In this document: positions 40,838-52,614 of the stretch, piece by piece
Position numbering within the stretch: position 1 is the stretch's first letter
Layout of the letters: every line of letters starts with the position of its first letter
Assembly: GCF_000150275.1 (NCBI RefSeq)
Contig: NW_002060944.1
Span: 9,574,556-9,638,555, forward strand
From: Trichoplax adhaerens
Taxonomy: Eukaryota > Animalia > Placozoa
Direction of reading: 5' to 3'
Length of the DNA: 64,000 bases
Notes under the pieces: model-generated
What the model was told of the DNA's origin: nothing
Database searches by the model: none
What the model saw: the letters and a program-made list of their open reading frames with translations, nothing else
Program-made: the position numbers and the translations under genes

Positions 40838-43800
40838 TTATTTTTTAGTTATAATATGATTGATCGTAACAAAGACAACACATGCAATAGCCCAAATATT
40901 GATCACTGGAATCCATAGCCAGTGCTTAAAAGGCGATGAATAGATATTAACTTCATTTCCTAGTTTATCTCGAGCTTCTTTGCGTCCGTAATAAACTAAC
41001 GTAGAAGGAATGACATATTGAACTCCAACGCCAGCATACGAGCCGGTAATACCAGCTAAAAATTCCAAATTCTTAGTAATAAGAGCCAAAGTTACAGGTG
41101 GTATGAGGGCTAGTAATGGAAAGACGATGCGGTCTATCCAAAATGGATAAATTTTATCTTCTTTTAGGAGCAAAGATTTTAGATTGTTACGTAATGTGAC
41201 CCCAATAATTGGAAAATTAGAACTAAGAGTGAAAACTGGAAAGAGCGATAGGAAAAAACTGATAAATTTAACATGATAATGAGTAAAATTTAATGTATAT
41301 AAATCTTCCAGCGAGTGAATTGGAAATGTAAATATGGCAGTGTGAGATAATAGCGCATAGAAGGCTAAAACAGTAACGTAATCTCCTAATAGAATATACA
41401 TGACATGCTTTTTCTCACGAATGGGTGTAATCATCGATGGCAATGAATGTTGGCACATGAATGAATAAATACAGATGCCAAAAAATGTTGGAATACCAGC
41501 AAAATTAGCTACCGGTGGATGACCTCTAGCCTTACCACTACCTAGAAAGATGAATGTTATAGAGAGCATCATAGCAAAGGCTGAAGATTTGGAAATTGGT
41601 ATTTATGACGGATATTGTAGAAGGAAGAAACGTAAAAATGCAAAATTAGTCGTTCATCATTACAATATTCATGAATTCATTGCTATCTACAATGGAATAA
41701 TTTAATTTTATGTAGTGTAATGTAAAAAAATACACGTCTTATAAAATATAGGCGAATCTCTAATCGCCATAAATACTACTTAACTTCAATATTTTGAATT
41801 AAACTGTGATAAAAGTGATCATTAATTAAAGAAGTGATATTTAGCTCACCTAGCCACCGTAATATAGATGTTGTGACTTGCAAGTATTTTGTCTTTTGAA
41901 CATTGAAAAAGACAAATGGTCCAAGACAGATGGTAAAAGCGGCCTAATTAAATTTTTAATACTATTATTTACTCTTCAATATCTTTTTGGGACATTTAAC
42001 TGATGTACAGTCCTATTTAGTTTAGGAATTATTTCTGTTAGTGTGTTAGAAGGAATGCTTACTACAAAGATTCGATAAGCACCACCAACTGTAAAATTTC
42101 CCCAGCAGGGTAATGAAGTATTTAGTCCGGTTCCGTTTAAATCATTACTAACCAAAAATTAAATAATTAATAACAATAGCGGCACTTGGATAGTTAAGTT
42201 TTATTTAAATTATTAATTACGGATTGAAATTCTCTTGCACTTACCAAGCAACTTTGGTCAGAGATTTTGCAACGGCGACAGCATAAATTGCTAAATCGCC
42301 ATATAGGTAAATACAAATACACAGATAGAAGAAATTGTTGCCAACTATAAATTTAAGTATGCCATAATAGAGAATAATTTAGTAATGAAAATCATATATG
42401 TAGTAATTGAAAAAAGTCAAAAGATTCAAGAGGCTTCCTATATTACATCCAACTTGAAGTAAAACACTTATTGGTAAAAGCCTCATATCTTGCAAAGATG
42501 AAATACCTTTATTGTAAAACATTCCCGCCATTTTCCCCTAGTTTACAAAATTTAATAAAGCATGTCGATTTAATGATAACCTTAATCTGGCAATAGAAAG
42601 AGATAATGCTCGCAATAGGAAAAGGATAAAAAGTGGAATCAATTTGAAATCAATTAGTCACTAAATTTATAGCATACGAGTATACTAATCAAATATGGGG
42701 CAGTATTAATTATTACTAATAAGTTTTAATTGCAAAAGTCGATTATTAACCTGGTATTGAAACATGATCCAATATCTATAAAGGCAGTAAATCACAGAAA
42801 GATTTTAACCGATGCAGCTATGAAATTAATTGATGAAAAGCTCAAAAGCATAGTCATTTGCTAAACTTATTTTGCTGATAGTTGTTTTGAGAAAAATCTA
42901 TTAGTAGCTCGTTGTTTCTAATAGAAACGAGTTAGATGAAGATTTGAAATTTTGGCTTGCTAAATTAACTGATAAATGTCCAGGATTTATAAAAATATAC
43001 TAAATTAAAATAGTGTTATCTGCTGGTGCCAATACCAATCATTTTAACGATTTGTACCATACATTAAGTAATAAAAGCATTACTGAATTTATTCTTTAAC
43101 ACGACATGAGCTCGTTTGATTACAACTTGTAGAAGGATTTAACTTACTATTGACGTGGAGATTCATTAAAGAATCTATCTGGAACTACTCTATTAGCTAT
43201 TTTTGGCTGAATAACTTTATGTCAAGAATCAGATTGAAGATAGAATTCCTCTTAATTTCTTAATGCCTTAAATTTTTTTATCTGGCTATTGATTGTTGAA
43301 TTACAGTTACGGTAATTTCTGTTATCTAATATTTCAATAATAATAAATTGCTATACCATAGATTTTAGCTAAATGCAATAGTTTAATAAAATTTACCAAT
43401 TCTACTCTCTCTTTGATTTCAAATACATTGGATATGTATTCCCTCTTAATTTCTCCTAAAGTCCATATCAAATATATATGGATTAATCATGGCATTTATT
43501 AAACTTATAGCAAATGAGAAAGAGGATACTCTATTAAGATCAGCCACTTGTAATGTTTATCGTTAACAGAGCTTTATTATTTACATCAATTAGATTATAA
43601 GTCATAAATCTTACCATTAATTTCAATTTCGAGATACTTTCGAGTTTGAAGTACTGGCGTTCTTTCAGTATTGATTGATTTATCTGTTTCTCCTTCTTGA
43701 TCGCTATTCGACTATAGATAACAGTAATTAGATGAGATTCTTAAATAATTTAATTGTACACTGCACTATTAAATATAATCATAAACGAATTCAAGTATAG

Positions 43801-46325
43801 CTAATATCTATAAAAGCAACAAATAAGCAGATACACGAACCATCAAAGGCTGATAAGATATTTTGGCATAAGTTGGAATATACAATAAGAGAGCAAAAGA
43901 AAGAAAAGGATGATGAGCATATCTTTAATATTAAGCATTGTTCGAAATCATTTGAAAGATTCCTTTACCTCCGATTCGACTTGAAATTGACCTGTTTTAT
44001 CAAGTGCATTCGCAATTGCCATTGATTCCACAATAAATGTGGTAGTAATATAACTAAATCGAAATTGGAATGATTGAAATATATATTCAAATGTCTTCAT
44101 GATTAACGCACACGGGAAATTAAGTGATAAATACGAAAACTACAGATAAACAGTAAGTAGTAGCACGGATGACTGGATACTTTACCAGGTACAGTACAGT
44201 ATCTAGTAGTCAATAAATTCAGTAACTTATTTCGTATAGATTGGAATAATAGAAGCCAATACTGTCAGTTTATACTAAACACTGAAGATTAATATTCAGA
44301 GACTCCTATAAAGATTCATAGCTACCTGATTATTGCTAATAAGACTAGCATAATAGTGGCCAACAACCAACCAGTATGAGCAAAAGCTTTTGGCATGGTC
44401 AAAGCACCAACACCCACCACCAAATTAAAAACATAAATGAATCCAACCTAGTTCGAAAACAGAAACGGTGATCAATTTCGATTTTTGACTTACGAATGTC
44501 TGAACTAGACTCTTGAGTTTTGGAATGGAAGACACCAGAAATAGTAATGATATAGTATAGATGTGAATCTCAACGGTAGATTATAGAACATTTAGTTATT
44601 ATCGTAGCTTAGTTATTCATTTATGTCTGTTGTTTTAAATTGACTATGACTAAAAATGGGTCAGAAATGGATAGGTACTGATTTATTGAGTCTACTAAAT
44701 CCAAGTAGAAATTAAATCTAATTTTCCAAATAATTCAATATCCATCTTCGTATTATTCGTAGCGATAATCCAAATTGCGATTACAATTTGCTAATGAATA
44801 ATTTCTTGAAATAAATGCTGGACTCTTTTTTATTCGCGGAGAAAAAAGGGTAAGTGCTTCATTTAAGTTCATATAAATTATACATACGACTACCATCTAT
44901 CGACCAAATTTTATAACTTAACTAATGTTTGTAGCGCATTGGATTACAGTATCGTTTCTACATAGAAATAGATATGTAGAACTGTTACAAATCTTCTTCT
45001 TTGTAACAAGAAACCGGGTCTTAAACATTATCTTCACTAGTACTTGTGTTCCCAACTAACTTAGGGACCTATCGTAGTTGAACTAACTCTCAGCTACACA
45101 AAAAACTACTATTAAGTAATAGGTATAAATACTTTACTTTATTTTCGTTAACCTTAGTCGTAAAATGTACTAAAGAAAAAACGTAAGAATATTCTTAGCA
45201 ATAATAGTCAAAAGATCCTGCAAATGACTAACTGGAACTGAGAAGCTAAGCTAGTGCTCCGCTTTTTATAGTCTCGCCGATGGTACACTTGTGAATATTC
45301 TTGAAATAGCGGCTTACACTGTACAGTATACATATCCTAAAGGCTCTGCAAAGTAATTGATCTTACACTTAAAAACATCTATTAGGAAATTAAGAATTTT
45401 TTCTTCAAGGTGAAACAAATAAAAAGAAATTGAAACATATTGAAACTATGTAGGCGTCGAAATGAATCAGATTATTTTAGGATTTCTAATTTAAACCTTT
45501 ATTATTTATTATACTGTACACAAAGAGATCTTTACCTAATTTTTGCTATCGAATTCAATACTACTGTCAACTTGATGTTAACTTTTATGCCTTTAACACT
45601 AAATTACATCGTATTGCTTTCGATATAAAGTTGTTCATTGATTTGATGATGTTAATATAATGTGGGTCTGGTAAGAAGTATTCACCATTTCAAAAATTTA
45701 GAAAATGGTCCCTTTCCTGATCGGCGTATTAATCAACGTCACCTGGATTGTGATAGGGATGCATTTGGATACTTGTATGGAAAAGCAAATCAATAAATGC
45801 TAGCATAAAAGTACTTTATTCGAAGGCAAGTGACCTTTCTATAAGCAATCAGAAGATGAAGCTAAAATTTTTCGTTCATCAATCTTCCGATTAAAATTTT
45901 CCTATAGTTCGAGCTTCACCGAATTTTAATTAAAATTCTTTTTACATCTAATTCCTCATGTCTAAACTTAATCTAGACTATACAGTTGTAGGCACTGTAA
46001 TCTAAAAGAAATTGGCCAGCGTTATTCACTATTTAGCAAAGCAATGATTTCGACAAAGAAGAGAGAATTAATAAAGTGACTAAATAGTATCAGTAAAAAT
46101 CTTTCAAGTCGTACTAATAGAAAATTGACTATTTTTATCATCGAAGGTTTATTTAAAGCATGGATTCAACTCTTTTATATAAATTATTTGATATCATATT
46201 TATCGCAGCAGATAATTTTTGAATCCGTATTTCAAAAGAGAAAAAGTCAAGAAAACGGGTAGGGAAGAAAATTAACTTACGTAGGCCGGATAGCTCGATC
46301 CTACTTCAGTCAGTGACGAAGGCAT
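40838..46325 (-). CDS. TMEM104: Transmembrane protein 104 (SLC38A12 amino-acid transporter-like)
   Basis: Minus-strand exons 46325-46281 (MPSSLTEVGSSYPAY), 44447-44326 (VGFIYVFNLVVGVGALTMPKAFAHTGW), 44053-43969 (YITTTFIVESMAIANA), 43711-43615, 43455-43397 (FEIKERVEL), 42537-42507, ~42344-42245 (YLYGDLAIYA), ~42147-42064, ~41943-41850 (GPFVFFNVQKTKYLQ), ~41580-40838 (FGICIYSFMCQHSLPS, FPVFTLSSNFPII, GITGSYAGVGVQYVIP); motifs match TMEM104. Confidence 0.93.
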
Positions 46326-46888
46326 AATTTAGATTGAATATACTGAATGATGATCGAAATGGCTAAAATTGCCTTCGTTGTTGGATTCAATGCCCGAAGA
46401 AATTAAAATAAAATAGACTAGTCTACTAGGGCTACTCAAAATTCGACTAGTCCACTCTTTTCCTTCCAATCTTTCAGGTACGGTAATTAGGCAGAAAATT
46501 GTCGATTTAGTCGATGACTTAATTAAGAAATTAATTCAGAACGCTAGAAGTAGCCAATGTCGGACGACTACGCCGAATCAGGAGACTAGAAAAGACTCTT
46601 CATACTAATGCTTATATTTCATCGCTATCGTCATTAAGCTTGCTTATTATCCATTGAAATGGTAATCATGGCTTCTGTATATAGCCGTTTGATGGGACAG
46701 AGTTATGGATAAATATACATGTAAACAATAACCTGCATTAAAATTGGAAATCTTTTTAGCTATGTTATATCAACGTATTACTGTATTGTCATCTACTGTA
46801 CTTGTATACTGTTACTTCACAACAAGTTTATATAAAGGTATGAACTACCATATAGAAATTGACGGTAAAATTGCTTCTATCATATAAT

Positions 46889-47903
46889 ATTTGTGTATAC
46901 GTATAAATTTATCGGCCAGTGGTTTAGATATCAGATAGTCCTTTTCATGTTATTAGCAAGTATTTTTACTCTTTTACGGTTCACTTTCTTGAATTAAAAA
47001 TGATGAATTGTAAATAGGTAGAAAATGAGATTGAAATAAAATATTTAAGCTATCTTTTTATTTCATCTCTGCCTTGACAATTTATAAAATATATATTGAC
47101 ATGGCTAGGAGATTTGTTATTGCGTATACATATCGTCAGTAAATAAGGCTACAATGAAAATTCTTTCTCTATCTTTTATATTCTATTTCTGTCAATGTCA
47201 CAGATCGGATTTTTTTTATTGATGCTGTTTGGAGATTTAATATCACAGCACTTTGAACTATTGCTATACATAGAATATCGGGACAAATGAAGCATTGTGC
47301 CCATTTTGAATCTCTCTCGCTCTCCTGGAATAGCTGGTAAAATTGATTTACTCGTCCGTTATTTTGAGATCCATTCTTACTATTGATAACTGTAAGATTT
47401 GCGTATACGTATAAATTTATCGGCCAGTGGTTTAGATATCAGATAGTCCTTTTCATGTTATTAGCAAGTATTTTTACTCTTTTACGGTTCATTTTCTTGA
47501 ATTAAAAATGATGAATTGTAAATTGGTAGAAAATGAGATTGAAATAAAATATTTAAGCTATCTTTTTATTTCATCTCTGCCTTGACAATTTATAAAACTT
47601 ATATTGACATGGCTAGGAGATTTGTTATTGCGTATACATATCGTCAGTAAATAAGGCTACAATGAAAATTCTTTCTCTATCTTTTATATTCTATCTCTGT
47701 CAATGTCACAGATCGGATTTTTTTTATTGATGCGGTTTAAAGATGGTTTGGAGGCGGTTTAAACCATTGCTATACGTAGAATATCGGGATAAATGAAGCA
47801 TTGTGCCCATTTTGAATCTCTCTCGCTCTTCTGGAATAGCTGGTAAAATTGATTTACTCGTCCGTCATTTTGAGATCCATTCTTACTATTGACAACTGTA
47901 AGA
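46889..47903. repeat. Tandem duplication, 2 copies of ~508 bp
   Basis: 46889-47396 is repeated near-identically at 47397-47903, with a few SNPs and one replaced ~30-bp segment near 47733-47765. Confidence 0.92.
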
Positions 47904-48029
47904 ACGTAAGACTAAAATGGAATGTTTATTCCATCTTTCATTTCCGTCTGTGTTGCTAAAATGAAGAGATTTCCATTTATATGGCAAACCTGTGATTTCG
48001 ACATGATGTCAAAGAGTTGCTCCATTGAA

Positions 48030-48600
48030 TATACAGTACATACACAGTCTATCAGACCGAAATCGTTGCATTTCAATATGCAAAGTAGACAGTACTGCAC
48101 AGTCAGTGCTGACGCGTGGAATACTGTACTGTACACGTGTAATACTGTATAGTACTGTTCTGTTGCTCGCTTCTCTGTACTGTATGTGATTGTTGCATAG
48201 GGTTGAGAAAAAACACTATCTTAACTCTATGGATTCTTGTGAATAACCTGAATAAAAATCCGAATCCTTTTCAGAGTCTAAAGACGAGTCTGAATCACTG
48301 AGTTTCCTTTATACTGTACACTGTACAGTATGAAATACTGTATAACCAACAACAATCTCATAGAGATATCCAAAAACCGCTATGGGATTTCCATTTAGGA
48401 AAAGCAGTCCGACGCGTACCGCCCATCATAATGCAGTACAAGCACAGTACAGTACAGTACAGTACTGCAAGTAGGCTTTGTACTGTAGAAATTTTTTCTG
48501 TACTGTACACTGTACACTGTATTTCAGACTACTGCGCACTGTCAATGCAATGATTATGCAGTTCAGTACAGTACATGGAAATCAATTATTACTGTGCTCT
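48030..48600. repeat. Low-complexity region rich in TACTGTAC / CAGTA motifs
   Basis: Dense ACAGTACAGTACAGTACAGTAC and CTGTACACTGTACACTGTA arrays in both orientations. Confidence 0.6.
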
Positions 48601-48613
48601 GTCAATAAATACA

Positions 48614-49020
48614 CTATATAAAACATATAGGATATATAGGAAGATATAAAACATATACAACATATAGGATATAGGAGATGATTATGTGGTGCGTAGTACT
48701 GGTAGATGCTGACCAAGAAATATTGAAACGATGATGGCCTTCTACTATATTAGTTATTTGAGGTTGTGATGGTAATCCACCTGGAGTAGTAGTTGATACT
48801 GTAGTATCTCCTCGAGTAGTCGGAGTAAATGTTATTGGGTTCTTAGATATTGAAATGAATTCTCGTGGAGTTATTGAAGTAGATGATGTTAGACTAAATA
48901 CTATTGAGTTTTAGAGACTACAGAATCAACTACTGCTTGACTTGTTGAAATAAGTAACACTGGGCTTAGTGTAGTTGGAGTAGATATGCTTAAAGTAGAT
49001 GATGTGGCAGTACTCAAACA
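48614..49020 (-). pseudogene. Frameshifted Ser/Thr-rich (mucin-like) stalk followed by a truncated fibronectin type III-like domain
   Basis: Reverse strand reads CLSTATSSTLSISTPTTLSPVLLISTSQAVVDSVVSKTQ*, then a frameshift near 48910, then FSLTSSTSITPREF...TTVSTTTPGGLPSQPQITNIVEGHHRFNISWSASTSTTHHIIISY before running into low-complexity sequence; PxxPxI...ISWS...Y resembles FN3 strands A-C. Confidence 0.55.
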
Positions 49021-52000
49021 TGATTGAATTAAATGATGTTGAAGTAAAAATGGAACGGCGTACCAATACTTTGCACTGTATAGGCATATGATAATGAATC
49101 AGGTAATTTGAACTTTCATTACAATCATATTTACTAAATTTTCTTACTTCGCTACAGTTACAATAAAGAGCAGATAATCAATAGTTTTTGTGTCTTAATT
49201 CAAATAGTATAACCATCAATTATAATATGAGAACAATTAACAGTCTCTTGAGAGTTAAGAGGCACTGTGCCGTGCTAATTTTCGTGTAAATAACTTATTG
49301 GTTAAACCAACAGCATCATAACAAAGCTACGTTCCATTGCCTATAGTCTTATTTCAAGCCATTCAATAAAATTGACATTGAATATGGCAGAGCATGCACC
49401 TGCTTACTGATAATGAGCTGATATAAGGTCTGTAGTGAAAATTGATCGATAAACTTGGAAACAATTCTGGAAAAAAATTCTGTTTTATCACTAAGCTGTA
49501 ACAGCGCTCCATCGTCATTAAAAAATTTTACGAATCAGTTTTGTACCGGAAACTAAACTTTCGGGAATCGTTCGTAGATAACGACGTAGATCTCCAACTG
49601 ACTTTTAGAGACCTATATGGGTGAAAACGAACTCTTTTCTTCGCACAAAGATGACTCTTTCAAATATTTAATAGAGAATTCCTTTACTGTTCTAAGCTAC
49701 AATATGTGTAAAGCCGTCACTCACTAACATCAGCCGGAATTGATCAATTTATTACCATGATCGTTGTTATATATCCTAGTCACCTCAGCACAATGCGACT
49801 ATTAATATTTTAGTTGTGGCCGTTTGTAGGCCTCGGCATAGCGACGAGCTACTAAAGCTATAATAACTTATAGCGGCAGCTCGTAGACAAAGTTGATTCA
49901 AAATCGATTACGTTAGAGCCAAATTGGACATTATCCGGTGTTAATGAACAGACATAAATGATTACGCGTTCCAATTAGCAATTATGTTTTATTGCCAGCT
50001 CAGAAAAACAAACAAATAACAAGCTACATGAGGTAATCGAGTCACCAAATTATTACAAAGCTTAGCACTGTAACAGGGTATAAGGTTGTCAGAATTATGT
50101 TGAATGGATAAATTTATGTAAACGGCTGAAAAATTCTTATAAAACGATATATTGAGAATTTATGTGGTATGTAATTGCAACAATGTTTGTACATATTGTT
50201 GTGTGAAATCATCGAAAAATAAAAAATTACAGGGTAGCTTCAGGTAGAAAGTATTGATAGATTTTATGAGATGTACGTTTACTTTCCTTCCCTCTTTATC
50301 TATTCAATAGACTTAGGTAAACGTCCAAAGGTTTTAGTCTTGTAATACTACTTGTAAGTCGGAAAAATAATAAAAAATGCTCAGCCGGTTGTTCCTTGAC
50401 CTTTTTGAGCATTTTAAAATAAGGGAAGACACGGTAGTATTCTTCTATTGTAAAAATTTTTTTGTAAAGATCAATTTCAGATTTACCGTAAAATTTTCTA
50501 TTGCATCTGTTACGAGTTAGGAATAATCCTGACTTGTAACAAAGGTTGATTATGTATTTCGAATATACACGACTGAAAATTGAAATATCGGTTAAGGTTT
50601 CTTAAACCAGTTTAATCGTACAAGTCACCTCGTCTTTTAGAAATTATCCAAACTAATGCTCTAAAAGGTTTTCATGTATGTGTAGAATTAAATACAGTTT
50701 AGCACAACTAAATTCAAAGTGTCAGCATTACATTGATCACTTGCTAATAGTACGCTAGATTAATATACACGTACATAAGTGTATATTTTGCTATCCCATG
50801 AAGATGTTTCATTTAAACTTACAAACTGTGCTTGCAGTCATAAAATCATTCAAGGTGATAGTTATAATCTAGTTAAAGTAGTTGAGAAATGCAATTACTA
50901 TTTTAGTTTATCTAATTACAGGTTGCTAAAGTATCATTTGTTTAAGGCCAAAGTTACAGTTAAAGAAAGCGTGAACATTACTGACATAGAAGCGTATGCC
51001 CATATATCAAACGTAATATGAAAATAATATACATGTCACGAACATCATATAACAGATCTTTCCTCTACTTGTGCAAACTTATATTTTATGCTAACTAGTC
51101 ACGATACTGCTGTTATAGCAGGAACTATTTCTCATAAATGGTGATGTTGATAAACTAATTGTATTTCTCTTATATGTAGGATTGTGTTAATAATAACATC
51201 TTATTAGCCGGATACAGAACAATTACTACTTAGTAACAATACATTGCAATCTTCAGCAGTCAATGTCGCACTTTATAATGCTTTACTTCAGCCTGGTCAA
51301 TCACCTAGTAAATAAATTCTTAATTAATTACTACTAAAAGCCTTTTAAAAATGAAATATTGAATTAAAGATTTCTATTATGAGAATTCTATACTTCAGCG
51401 TAACAGTTAATTATCTAGGGAATAAATTTATGAAGCAATAAACACTGCAGGTCTTCAAAAAGTGAAATAATGAATTAGCATTTTCCCCATTCCATAAGAT
51501 AATATGCTACACATAAAACTGTACTATACAATAATGTTAGTATAGATAGTGTTGCGTTACATCAGGTAACTGTCAGAACATAGCAGTAAGATTATTCGTA
51601 TACCGAAGTAAAGTCTACAAAAACACTTGATAAATGATCTTACACACTCATCACCTAGATCAATTTTTAAATTAATTTACAGAAATTACCGTATCGTAAC
51701 ATCCTTATTTAAGATATTTCGTTAATTATTCTTTCTATATAATTTCTTTGAACTAGCCTTCAAGATTACTAATATATGTTTACTACATTGTTATTTTTTG
51801 AATACGATTCAAATTCGTCTGAATCTATCATCAATTTACAAAGAGTAGGATAACGAAAGAAATAACAGGGAATCTGCTATTTAAAAATAAATATATACAT
51901 AAGAACTTAATACAATGGTTTGACAGATTTATGGACGTCCTCGTTCCGCAGCTTTGAATAGTATCAGCTAAAATTAAACAAAAACATACAAATGCAAATA

Positions 52001-52614
52001 TTTTAAATCTTCAGAGAGTTGAACTTTAATTAAGTTAATGATTTGAGTAATCCATTTATTCATACATTGATTTTGAAATATCTAATTATATACTATCTTG
52101 AATAGCTTCAGGCACGGCGAATTTTTGATGCGTTGCAATCTAATTCCATTGCAAACTGCATGATTACGAATCTTTAATACGGTTTACTAAGAGAAAGTTT
52201 ATAAAGTAAAAGAAAATTTCTTGCGTTGCAATTGTGATTGTGACGTGGTCAAATCCCTTTGAGAATGACATAACCATGAAAACTAAAACGTATAAATAGG
52301 CTTTTACAAGTTAATTCTTGCCATTACTAACTCACCGCGATTGAATAATTTCTTGTTAGGAGTATATCAATTTTGATTTAGATTCATTTAGAAAGCAACA
52401 TATCTTGGAAAATGTCGAAAGTTATTCCTTCCGTTTTGCTCATCGCCTGCGTCCTACTGGCTTTCTTTCATTCTATTGAAATGTAATTAAGGCTAAGGCT
52501 AGAATTATCAAGTTAAATTTTGTTTTGCAAGTGGATTAACATAATCGACAAATTTCAACTGCTTCTCCGATTTTTTAATTTCATCTCACGTTTATATTTT
52601 CTGTTCTACACTAG

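Noticed and set aside
42750-43180. Two small AG..GT-bounded minus-strand segments inside a TMEM104 intron
   Set aside because: About 25 and 31 nt, frame-breaking, and not needed to build a complete TMEM104.
52412-52482. Signal-peptide-like reading MSKVIPSVLLIACVLLAFFHSIE just upstream of the microexon array
   Set aside because: Its donor is in phase 2, which gives TGA at the 53347/53986 junction; the hydrophobicity may simply be the antisense of a purine-rich minus-strand block. Not fully excluded without cDNA.
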